A stretch of 6,771 nucleotides of DNA from a virus (taxonomy: Duplodnaviria; Heunggongvirae; Uroviricota; Caudoviricetes), in IMG/VR virus record IMGVR_UViG_2648501839_000011. One strand, 5' to 3'. Numbering within the stretch: position 1 is the stretch's first letter; every line of letters begins with the position of its first letter. The notes beneath the pieces are model-generated. The model was given only the letters and a program-made list of their open reading frames with translations, had not been told where the DNA came from and made no database searches. Both the position numbers and the translations under genes were made by a program. Below are positions 1 to 6,721 of this stretch, piece by piece.

Positions 1-2237
1 TCACCACGGTGAACAATCCCCGCTGGCTCATATTTGCCGCCGGTTCCCGTAAATCCTCCGGTTGCAAAATGGAATTTCGCCGCAGCGGCCTGAATGGCTG
101 TACCGCCTGACGCGGATGCGCCGCCACCAACAGCCCCGCCAATGGCGCTGCCGATACTCCCGACAATCCCCACCATTGCCTGCTTAAGCAGAATTTCTGT
201 CATCATGGACAGCACGGAACGGGTGAAGCTGCGCCAGTTCTGCTCACTGCCGGTCAGCATCGCCGCCATATTCTGTGCAATACCATCAAAGGTCTGCGTG
301 GCAGCACTTTTAACCTGCGAAAAACTGTCCGTCGCACTTTCCGCCCACTCCCCCCAGCCGGACTTCAGCCCGGCCAGCCAGTCACCGCGCAGCATGTCTT
401 CATCCGCCCATGTCTGTTTCAGTGCCCCGGTGACCCGGGCCAGCGCCTGCGGATTATCACCGTACACGTCCCGAAGACGCTGCGCTTCAGACTCCCGCTG
501 CGCCTGCTGTGCCAGCTCATTCAGGCGTTTCTGGTGTTCAACCTTGTCGCCCAGGTCAGCCAGCTGGCGTTTGTACTCCAGCGTCTCTTTCTCATGGGCC
601 AGCAGGGATTTTTCCTGCCAGGATAACTGCCGTTTCGTGGCAGCCTCTTTCAGGACCGCATACTGACTTTCCGCCTTCCATAAATCACGGCGCTGCCGAC
701 TGATTTTCTCATTCGCACCGCTGTGTTTTTCCAGCGTCCTGAGCTCAGCTTCAAGGGCAAGCAGAGCCTCTCTTGCCTGCTCCTCTTCCCTCTCCCCGGC
801 AGAGCGCGTTTTCGGTGATGTATGCTTTTTACCTGTCAGCTCTTCAGCCAGACGGCTGACGGCTTCCTGCTGCCCAGGACCTTTGCTGACGCCTGTTGCA
901 CGCGAGCGGTTGATGTACCCCATTTCCCCCTGGCGTATACGCGCATCCCGTTCCGCAATGGATTTTCTCAGCGCCAGTTCATCGCGTTTTGTTTTCTCAA
1001 TAAATACGCGGTTCTCTTCTGCCAGTTCACCAAACAACGCACCAACGCCGGGCACATTCTTTGTCGTTTCCCAGGCTGACTGAATAAATTCAGCCAGCGC
1101 CAGATCCCCCTGCACAAGCAGCAGCTTCACTTGTTCAACGGTTCCGGCCACCACGTCAGTGATCAGACTGAGTGCCCCCAGTGTATGATCACCTATCCAT
1201 GCCCATGCGTCAGAAGTCCAGGTTTTAACATCGTCCCAGATTTTTTCCACCGGCGTGGCCGCTTTATCAAGTTGCTCCAGACGTGCATTCATGACATCCG
1301 CAAACAGGGACATCGCCTCCGTCACCGCAGCCTGTTTACCTTTCGTGCGCTCAAGCTCATCAATATGGCGTAACTGGGAAACGCTCAGGAAGTTATACTG
1401 CTGATTCAGGGAGGCCAGCGCCTTCACCGGATCTGCTGCAATCCCTTCAAAGGCTTTTTCCACCTTCCCGGCATCGTCCCCCACCGTCTGCAGCCATCTC
1501 TGAGAGGTTTCCCCCATGATCCGTAGCTGCCCGGCGGTATATTTCCCGCTTTCTGCCAGACGGGCCAGATTTTCTGCCGCCTGTCTGATACCACCACCGG
1601 CTTCATCGCTGATCACCCCGGCCATTTTCCACAATTCTGCCGTTGTGGTGGCAGCCGCCCCTCCGGTCAGGATCAGTGAACGCAATAAGGCCCGGTCAGC
1701 CTGCTCTGCCTGCCAGGCGGCGGCAGCAAGCGCGGCCAGTACGGCAACCCCGCCACCTGCCGCCACACGGGCCACCGACATAAATCGTCCCAGCTCACCG
1801 GCATTCCGGGCATTTTCAGCCAGTGCATTTGCCGTATCTGACAGCGACTCCTCTGATGATTCAGAGGCATCCCTGATCCCGAGAAGTTCCTCCTTCAGCA
1901 GGGTAAGCAGGCTGAGCGGTCCACCGAATGAATCGCTGATCTGCCCCCCCTGCTGCAGCATGATAAGGAAGGGATTCTGACCACCGGCAAGCTGAGTGAC
2001 AATATCCGTGAACTGTGCGGGCAGTGTGCGCATGGCAGCCTTATACTGTCCGACTGATATCCCGGCTTTTTGTGCAGCCAGCGCCTGTCGGCTCAGCCCC
2101 TGTTCAACAGTACTGGCGGTTTTTCTGGCATCCGCCTCCAGACTGGAAAAATGACGGTGTACCCGGGCCATCTGTTCATCAAACCGGGCCGCATCCAGAC
2201 TCAAATCAATAACCAGATCACCCGCTGGCTGGGACAT
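1..2237 (-). CDS. H: Tail tape measure protein H, N-terminal ~745 codons; the 3' end of the gene lies beyond position 1
   Basis: ATG at 2237 with GGAGG SD about 8 nt upstream. Hand translation gives MSQPAGDLVIDLSLDAARFDEQMARVHRHFSSLEADA..., matching the lambda gpH N-terminus as I recall it. No complete minus-strand ORF in this frame appears in the track, consistent with an ORF that runs off the window edge; the two short minus-strand ORFs here are in another frame. Start overlaps the end of T by 20 nt. Confidence 0.9.
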   Translation of the reverse strand, partial: MSQPAGDLVIDLSLDAARFDEQMARVHRHFSSLEADARKTASTVEQGLSRQALAAQKAGISVGQYKAAMRTLPAQFTDIVTQLAGGQNPFLIMLQQGGQISDSFGGPLSLLTLLKEELLGIRDASESSEESLSDTANALAENARNAGELGRFMSVARVAAGGGVAVLAALAAAAWQAEQADRALLRSLILTGGAAATTTAELWKMAGVISDEAGGGIRQAAENLARLAESGKYTAGQLRIMGETSQRWLQTVGDDAGKVEKAFEGIAADPVKALASLNQQYNFLSVSQLRHIDELERTKGKQAAVTEAMSLFADVMNARLEQLDKAATPVEKIWDDVKTWTSDAWAWIGDHTLGALSLITDVVAGTVEQVKLLLVQGDLALAEFIQSAWETTKNVPGVGALFGELAEENRVFIEKTKRDELALRKSIAERDARIRQGEMGYINRSRATGVSKGPGQQEAVSRLAEELTGKKHTSPKTRSAGEREEEQAREALLALEAELRTLEKHSGANEKISRQRRDLWKAESQYAVLKEAATKRQLSWQEKSLLAHEKETLEYKRQLADLGDKVEHQKRLNELAQQAQRESEAQRLRDVYGDNPQALARVTGALKQTWADEDMLRGDWLAGLKSGWGEWAESATDSFSQVKSAATQTFDGIAQNMAAMLTGSEQNWRSFTRSVLSMMTEILLKQAMVGIVGSIGSAIGGAVGGGASASGGTAIQAAAAKFHFATGGFTGTGGKYEPAGIVHRG

Positions 2238-3080
2238 ATCTCACACCTCCGGAAATCCCCGCTGAAGCCATCATTAATGCAACATCATCCTCGCTGACAT
2301 CCACCACATCCGCAGAAGGTGAAATATCGCGCCCTCCGTCCCCTCCGAACCGGACGCCTCCGGCAACTCCTGTCGCTTTCTGCATCAGCATTTCTTCCTC
2401 GTCCGGCATCTCCGTCTGCTCTTCCTCACACGCTGGAGCAAGCAGACTGAAATCCGCCGGATGCATATCCGGATCGCCAAAAAACAGGCTGAGTACGGCG
2501 TACATCAGCCCGGAAAAATGAGCGTCCAGTTGGGTATCCTGAAAATAATGCGTGCAGTAAAAACGTCGCCAGTCGGCATATTCGGTGGATGTCATCCCGG
2601 CAAGCATGGCGCGCCAGTCGGGTCTCCCCATCTCTCGCGCCAGTTTCAGGACAAAGTTCAGCTCGCCTTCGAATGCTTTTTTGATGTTACCGGCTCAGTC
2701 GCTTCTGCTTTCCCGGTTTGTTCAGGATCGGCATCGTGCCGGTTATCCAGCATACCTGAAAGATAAAGCACCCGGTTCGTTGCCTGATTCAGTGCATCAG
2801 CAGGCCATCCCAGCATCACTTCACGGCGGATCTGCTGCATCTCTGTCTCCGGAGAGGCCAGAGTGCCTTTGAGGGAATGGGAATGCCATAGCGACATCGC
2901 CACAAGCAGGGATGCCGTTTCCAGATATCGCTGGTTAATGTGCACGACATCATGCTTCGTTGTCTCCTGTTGTTCTGCGTCTGAAACAAACTTTATATAA
3001 TCAAACCGCTGCAGCGCAGACAATTCGGAAAGCGTGACGGACACACCGTTATATTCAAATTGTTCTGTTTTCAGAAACAT
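2218..3080 (-). CDS. T: Tail assembly protein G-T fusion made by -1 frameshift (about 286 aa predicted: G residues 1-134, then T-frame residues AFEGELNFVLKLAREMGRPDW...VRYVPASG)
   Basis: The T frame is open from 2694 down to TGA at 2218..2220 and is -1 relative to G. It has no convincing independent start (the track's 137-aa ORF begins at an internal Met at 2631). This G/T arrangement upstream of the tape measure gene is the conserved organisation in lambda-like tail gene clusters. Confidence 0.8.
2658..3080 (-). CDS. G: Tail assembly chaperone G (140 aa, zero-frame product)
   Basis: ATG at 3080 with GGAGG SD. Product MFLKTEQFEYNGVSVTLSELSALQR... is lambda gpG-like at the N-terminus as I recall it and diverges later. 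Stop TGA at 2658..2660. Confidence 0.88.
   Translation of the reverse strand: MFLKTEQFEYNGVSVTLSELSALQRFDYIKFVSDAEQQETTKHDVVHINQRYLETASLLVAMSLWHSHSLKGTLASPETEMQQIRREVMLGWPADALNQATNRVLYLSGMLDNRHDADPEQTGKAEATEPVTSKKHSKAS
2676..2682 (-). other. Putative -1 programmed ribosomal frameshift heptamer A_AAA_AAG (G into T)
   Basis: In the G frame, codons UCA AAA AAG (S133 K134 K135) give the X_XXY_YYZ heptamer A AAA AAG. It sits in the only productive window, between the last upstream stop in the T frame (TGA 2697..2695) and the G stop (2660..2658). The T frame is -1 relative to G. Confidence 0.7.
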
Positions 3081-3093
3081 GTATTACCTCCGT

Positions 3094-3846
3094 TTACCCT
3101 GCAGCGCCCGCTTCAGTAACGGTGACTTCAGCCACTGCGGCGAACTGACCATTTCCGCTCACCACAGGGATCTGCACCTTACCTGTCGCCACGCCGTTTA
3201 CCGTAATTGTCATATCTTTCACACTAATGGTGGCTTTCGACGGATCGGCGGAAACCGCTCTGAACGTCTTGTCGGTTGCACTTTCCGGCTCAAAAGAAAC
3301 CGTCAGGGTGGTTGTTTTCCCTTTTGCCACCGTACCGGATGTCGGCGTCACCTTAATCGCAGTGACCGGCGTAATTTTGCTGCGTTCTTCCGCTACAGAA
3401 GGTTTGCCCACGTTGGTCACTTTCACCGTGCGGGTGATCACTTCTTTCGCCGTCACGGCCTTACCGATACTGCTGACCCAGCCACGGAACACATCCACCG
3501 TGCCATTTGGGAAACGGATTTTATAGGCCCGCACATCCCCGCTTTCAAACCAGCCTATAAGCCCTTTCTGACCTTCTTCTCCCGGTTTCCAGGCCAGCGT
3601 AAAACTGGTATCTCCTGCAGACTTCTGCCCCTGCCCGGTCGCGGTCCAGTCCGCGTCTTCATCATCCAGGTAGTTATCATCGTAGGGTTCTGCCGTCATC
3701 TCGCCCGGCGTCAGATCCTTCACCTTAGCCAGTCGCTGCCAGTCATCGTCTGACAACGGGTTTGCATAAGCATCACCCTTGCCGTTGTAAACCCACAGAG
3801 TGGTACCGGCACCTTTTACCGGCTCAAGGGGATTTGGTGTTGCCAT
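3094..3846 (-). CDS. V: Major tail tube protein V (250 aa) with C-terminal Ig-like (Big_2-type) domain
   Basis: ATG at 3846 with GAGGA SD overlapping the U stop. The N-terminal part (...GAGTTLWVY...ANPLSD...[12 protein letters not shown]...[25 protein letters not shown]...[41 protein letters not shown]) resembles lambda gpV as I recall it. The C-terminal ~90 aa ([28 protein letters not shown]...[13 protein letters not shown]) has the signature of the Ig-like domain known on gpV. Stop TAA at 3094..3096. Confidence 0.9.
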   Translation of the reverse strand: MATPNPLEPVKGAGTTLWVYNGKGDAYANPLSDDDWQRLAKVKDLTPGEMTAEPYDDNYLDDEDADWTATGQGQKSAGDTSFTLAWKPGEEGQKGLIGWFESGDVRAYKIRFPNGTVDVFRGWVSSIGKAVTAKEVITRTVKVTNVGKPSVAEERSKITPVTAIKVTPTSGTVAKGKTTTLTVSFEPESATDKTFRAVSADPSKATISVKDMTITVNGVATGKVQIPVVSGNGQFAAVAEVTVTEAGAAG

Positions 3847-3853
3847 ATCGTCC

Positions 3854-4249
3854 TCACATCTCGTATGTAATGGAATAAGTCAGATCTGCAGAACTCCATA
3901 ACGCCATATCGTCATCACGACGATACTCATAGCCCTGCGTAACCATCGTGGTAATCAGTCCTGCCAGTGCCGGGATATCGCTCATCACCGGATAAATCCG
4001 GGACTCCATCCACGCATCCAGCTCTGAATCCGGCACCTGAGCAGGCAGGAAAACTTCAATATGCAGCTCCGCCTGCCAGGTATCGCTGTCCAGCTCTTCG
4101 CCCGTGTATTCAGCGCCGGTGAGATAAACGGCAACTGCCGGAAAATCCGCCTCATCAAAAACAGCGGGGCGACCATCAAAAAACGTCGCCCCGGTGTCAT
4201 GCTTCTCCAGTGCATCCAGTACGGCTGCACGGAGTTCAGTATGTTTCAT
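3854..4249 (-). CDS. U: Tail tube terminator protein U (131 aa)
   Basis: ATG at 4249 overlaps the Z stop. Product [28 protein letters not shown]...[11 protein letters not shown], lambda gpU-like as I recall it. Stop TGA at 3854..3856. Confidence 0.92.
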   Translation of the reverse strand: MKHTELRAAVLDALEKHDTGATFFDGRPAVFDEADFPAVAVYLTGAEYTGEELDSDTWQAELHIEVFLPAQVPDSELDAWMESRIYPVMSDIPALAGLITTMVTQGYEYRRDDDMALWSSADLTYSITYEM

Positions 4250-4824
4250 CGCTTTATTACCATTCTCAGTTGATGCTGCAGCGCATAGCCCAGCTCTTTC
4301 GGAAGACGTTCACGCCGTATCCGTTCAATATTCTGTTTAAACGCCGTGGTAAGCGGCACCGCCATCGGGATTTTCACCACATCAATGGGGTAACGGTTTT
4401 TCCCGGCCACACGCTGCATGACATGCCACCGGCCATTTTTCAGTTGCTGAATAAACGCGCCGGGAATACGACGGTTACCCACCACAAGCACGCTGCCGCC
4501 ACCTTTCAGGGATGAACGCTGCCCCTTTTTACGACGCCTGCGTCGGGACAGGACAACCCGCGCATTCCCCAGCTTGATTACGGGCAAATCCCCCCGGTTA
4601 ACCTTGATTCTGGCCTGCGGATTTTTAACCGTGGCCCTTTTCAGCCTGGCCCTTTCCTTTACCAGTTTCCGGCGTACCTTTGTCTCACGGGCAACCTGTG
4701 ACGCAGACTGCGATATCGCGGATGAAGCAACGCGGTTAATGGCCATTGCTGACGCACCGGGCACCGCCGTTTTGCTGATACGGCTGAGGTTTTCAACGGC
4801 CTGCTCAAGACCTTTTATGGCCAT
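4246..4824 (-). CDS. Z: Tail completion protein Z (192 aa)
   Basis: ATG at 4824 preceded by AAGGGGGA. Product MAIKGLEQAVENLSRISKTAVPGASAMAINRV...[11 protein letters not shown], lambda gpZ-like as I recall it. Stop TGA at 4246..4248 overlaps the U start (ATGA). Confidence 0.92.
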   Translation of the reverse strand: MAIKGLEQAVENLSRISKTAVPGASAMAINRVASSAISQSASQVARETKVRRKLVKERARLKRATVKNPQARIKVNRGDLPVIKLGNARVVLSRRRRRKKGQRSSLKGGGSVLVVGNRRIPGAFIQQLKNGRWHVMQRVAGKNRYPIDVVKIPMAVPLTTAFKQNIERIRRERLPKELGYALQHQLRMVIKR

Positions 4825-4835
4825 ACATCCCCCTT

Positions 4836-5189
4836 TCAGCGGCGACGGTTAACGGCAGGCGGCACGCCACGCCCAAGCCAGAGATGACAGCTTCCGCCAT
4901 CATCCGGCGAAATCCGGTCTATCCAGAAGTTTTCCTCACCGATGGTCAGCGTGTCGCCACGCCGCAGCTGCCGCACATCATCAGTCCGGACAAACAGGGA
5001 CGGGCTGGAGCCTTCAACGCGCACGCCCTGTCCGGCATAGCTGATATTTTCAGGGTCATCAAAAACACCACGTATCACCGCACCGGACTGCTCACCGGAT
5101 GTCATGGTGGCTGACGTTCCCATGTACCCGCGTATCGTTTCATCGGCGCGGGCAATGGCAGCATCGAACAGGTTATCGAAATCAGCCAC
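4836..5189 (-). CDS. FII: Head-tail joining protein FII (117 aa), GTG start
   Basis: Product MADFDNLFDAAIARADETIRGYMGTSAT...HLWLGRGVPPAVNRRR matches lambda gpFII as I recall it. The initiator codon at 5189..5187 is GTG, preceded by SD GGGAGG about 6 nt upstream, directly after the FI stop. Stop TGA at 4836..4838. Confidence 0.92.
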   Translation of the reverse strand: MADFDNLFDAAIARADETIRGYMGTSATMTSGEQSGAVIRGVFDDPENISYAGQGVRVEGSSPSLFVRTDDVRQLRRGDTLTIGEENFWIDRISPDDGGSCHLWLGRGVPPAVNRRR

Positions 5190-5200
5190 AGCGCCTCCCG

Positions 5201-5599
5201 TTATTGCATTCTGGCCAGGCCACGTTCTGTCATTTCGGCTGCCACACCGGCAGAGACACGAAACGCCGTTCCCGGCAGCACAAATGCCACAGGTTCATCC
5301 CGCGTGGCGTGAAGTGCATCGGTATGCAGCGTCACCAGTGCCACAACCGTGACCAGAGCAGCCGTATCCTGAATCACGGTATCCGGCTGCGCTGATACCA
5401 CCTCATTTTCATGTCCGGTCAGCACATTTTCCGGGCTGACAGACGTGTCCTGACCGGCTGCGTCATCCGTGTCATCAAGCTCCTCTTCCAGCTCTGCCAC
5501 ACGGAGCGCCAGTTCTTCTTTCGTCCCCGTCAGGCTGACATCACGGTTCAGTTGTTCACCCAGCGAGCGGAGACGGGCAATCAGTTCATCTTTCGTCAT
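5201..5599 (-). CDS. FI: DNA-packaging / head assembly protein FI (132 aa)
   Basis: From ATG at 5599 the product is MTKDELIARLRSLGEQLNRDVSLTGTKEELALRVAEL...AEMTERGLARMQ, matching lambda gpFI at both ends as I recall it, with differences in the central acidic linker. SD GGAGGAG lies 5-11 nt upstream. Stop TAA at 5201..5203. The track's longer ORF starts at an ATG inside the hairpin stem with no SD. Confidence 0.92.
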   Translation of the reverse strand: MTKDELIARLRSLGEQLNRDVSLTGTKEELALRVAELEEELDDTDDAAGQDTSVSPENVLTGHENEVVSAQPDTVIQDTAALVTVVALVTLHTDALHATRDEPVAFVLPGTAFRVSAGVAAEMTERGLARMQ

Positions 5600-5620
5600 G
5601 AACTCCTCCACAGAGAGAAA

Positions 5621-5638
5621 ATGGCCCCGAAGGGCCAT
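5621..5638 (-). promoter_or_regulatory. RNA hairpin with UUCG tetraloop in the E-FI intergenic region, just upstream of the FI ribosome-binding site
   Basis: Minus strand reads AUGGCCC-UUCG-GGGCCAU, a perfect 7-bp stem with UUCG loop, starting 2 nt after the E stop. It is followed by UUUCUCUCUGUGGAGGAGUUC and then the FI ATG at 5599. Confidence 0.5.
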
Positions 5639-5640
5639 GA

Positions 5641-6666
5641 TTACGCCAGTTGAACGGACACGAACTCATCAGGATCAGCCAGCAGCATCAGCGGTGCTGA
5701 CTGAATCATGGTGAACTCACGCGCCGGATCGCCGGTGGTCACCCAGTTTTTCGGGTAACGGGCAGAGGCGTTAATGCCTTCGCGCTGTGCGTCCGCATCC
5801 TGAATACAGCCATAGGTACGCAGACCGCGTGCCTGAGTGTTCCCCAGCACCATCGTGTTGTCCGGCAGGAAGTTCTTTTTGACGCCGTTTTCCACGTACT
5901 GTCCGGAATACACGACGATGGCCACATCGCCATACATTCCCTTATAAGACACCGCTTTGCCCAGGTCTTTTACCGCTGTCTCCAGCTCGGAATGAGAGCC
6001 GCGACGGGTATCCAGCTTATCCCTGACGGCTTTGAAGGAACGGAACAGCGCCCAGCCTTTCGGATCAAACACGATGATATTCACCACGCCGCTGGCGTTC
6101 AGCGCGTAGGCTTCGATATCGTCGGTCGGGTCATACGTGGACTTGTCACGCTTGCTCCACTCCGTGCCACCGGACTGTGTGATGTTGTTTGCCGCACTGC
6201 GGCCCATATCCACCTCAACCGGATCAAAGGCTTCACCGGTCATGGTGTATTTGCCCTTAAGCACGGCAGAAACTGCCTGCATCTCTTCGACCTGGGCAAT
6301 GGCCAGCTCTTCGTCACGCATGTTCTGCAGGATGATGCGACGGCGGCGGTAAGCCGGGTCCGCCAGATTCTGCGGATCTTCATCCGGCAGGCGACGCAGG
6401 GTCATCTGCGGATTCACCTCATGCTTCGGCTTGACATATCCCGGCGTAAATTCAGAGGTGGAGCCGCCACGGGAACGGATAACCTCACCGGAAACAATCG
6501 GCGAAACGTACAGCGCCATGTTTACCAGTCCCGGAATTTGTGAGAGATAGACTTTCTCCGTGGTGAAGGGATAGCTCTCACGGAAAAAGAGACGCAGAAA
6601 CAGCGGATCAAACTTAAATTTCTGCTCATTTGCCGCCAGCAGCTGGGCGGTTGTGTACATCGACAT
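5641..6666 (-). CDS. E: Major capsid protein E (341 aa)
   Basis: Track ORF 5641..6693; from the internal ATG at 6666 the product begins MSMYTTAQLLAANEQKFKFDPLFLRLFFRESYPF... and ends ...DPDEFVSVQLA, near-identical to lambda gpE as I recall it. The track's start at 6693 is a GTG (translated as M in the track) lying inside the D-E hairpin. Stop is TAA at 5641..5643. Confidence 0.96.
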   Translation of the reverse strand: MSMYTTAQLLAANEQKFKFDPLFLRLFFRESYPFTTEKVYLSQIPGLVNMALYVSPIVSGEVIRSRGGSTSEFTPGYVKPKHEVNPQMTLRRLPDEDPQNLADPAYRRRRIILQNMRDEELAIAQVEEMQAVSAVLKGKYTMTGEAFDPVEVDMGRSAANNITQSGGTEWSKRDKSTYDPTDDIEAYALNASGVVNIIVFDPKGWALFRSFKAVRDKLDTRRGSHSELETAVKDLGKAVSYKGMYGDVAIVVYSGQYVENGVKKNFLPDNTMVLGNTQARGLRTYGCIQDADAQREGINASARYPKNWVTTGDPAREFTMIQSAPLMLLADPDEFVSVQLA

Positions 6667-6680
6667 AAAAAAATCCCGTA

Positions 6681-6705
6681 AAAAAAGCCGCACAGGCGGC
6701 CTTTA
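6681..6705 (-). terminator. Intergenic stem-loop plus U-tract between D and E (intrinsic-terminator-like; may instead act in mRNA stability or processing)
   Basis: Minus-strand transcript reads AAAGGCCGCCUGUGCGGCUUUUUUU: a 5-bp GC stem (GCCGC/GCGGC, extendable by G-U and A-U pairs), CUGU loop, then 7 U. It lies between the D stop (6722) and the E start (6666). Confidence 0.45.
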
Positions 6706-6721
6706 GTGATGAAGGGTAAGG

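Noticed and set aside
1424-1870. Minus-strand ORFs 1424..1606 (60 aa) and 1673..1870 (65 aa)
   Set aside because: Both lie in an alternative frame (different phase from the H frame) wholly inside H; they are short, with Trp/Arg-rich odd composition.
94-2297. Plus-strand ORFs inside the H region (94..666 190 aa, 509..703, 822..1079, 883..1083, 1131..1373, 1516..1980 154 aa, 2015..2212, 2070..2297)
   Set aside because: They are antisense to the tape measure gene H, whose minus-strand frame translates into a lambda gpH-like N-terminus. Their products are low-complexity and Pro/Ala/Ser/Arg/Cys-rich, as expected for spurious frames in GC-rich coding DNA, and they have no convincing RBS.
2218-2631. 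T as an independent 137-aa ORF starting at Met 2631
   Set aside because: The T frame is open for another 21 codons upstream, with no good RBS at 2631. In lambda-like phages T is expressed only as the G-T frameshift fusion.
2708-2714. GGGAAAG heptamer (minus strand), the sequence I recall as the lambda G-T slippery site
   Set aside because: In the G reading frame it is phased GGG_AAA_G, not X_XXY_YYZ, and it lies upstream of an in-frame TGA in the T frame (2697..2695), so a -1 shift there would terminate after about 5 codons. The downstream A_AAA_AAG is the productive candidate.
3034-3753. Plus-strand ORF 3034..3753 (239 aa) and 3227..3526 (99 aa)
   Set aside because: Antisense to V and G; the 239-aa product is Arg/His/Cys/Phe-rich nonsense-like sequence, while the minus strand encodes a clear major tail protein.
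3985-4515. ORFs 3985..4230 (-, 81 aa), 4061..4273 (+), 4210..4515 (+), 4574..4852 (+), 4884..5114 (+), 5099..5395 (+), 5104..5352 (+), 5411..5653 (+), 5469..5714 (+), 5739..5933 (-), 2461..2766 (+), 2585..2872 (+)
   Set aside because: All are alternative-frame or antisense overlaps of U, Z, FII, FI, E, T or G. None has a junction, RBS or composition that suggests a real nested gene.
5600-5638. N-terminally extended FI start (track ORF starts at 5638, 145 aa)
   Set aside because: The ATG at 5638 is in the 5' arm of the intergenic hairpin, 2 nt after the E stop, with no SD. The ATG at 5599 has a strong GGAGGAG SD and gives MTKDEL..., matching gpFI.
5992-6543. Plus-strand ORFs 5992..6543 (183 aa) and 6137..6352 (71 aa)
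   Set aside because: Antisense within the major capsid gene E, which is strongly supported on the minus strand.
6667-6693. N-terminally extended E start (track ORF starts at 6693, 350 aa)
   Set aside because: The codon at 6693..6691 is GTG (translated as M in the track) lying inside the D-E hairpin and U-tract, with no SD. The product from ATG 6666 (MSMYTTAQ...) matches the known gpE N-terminus.
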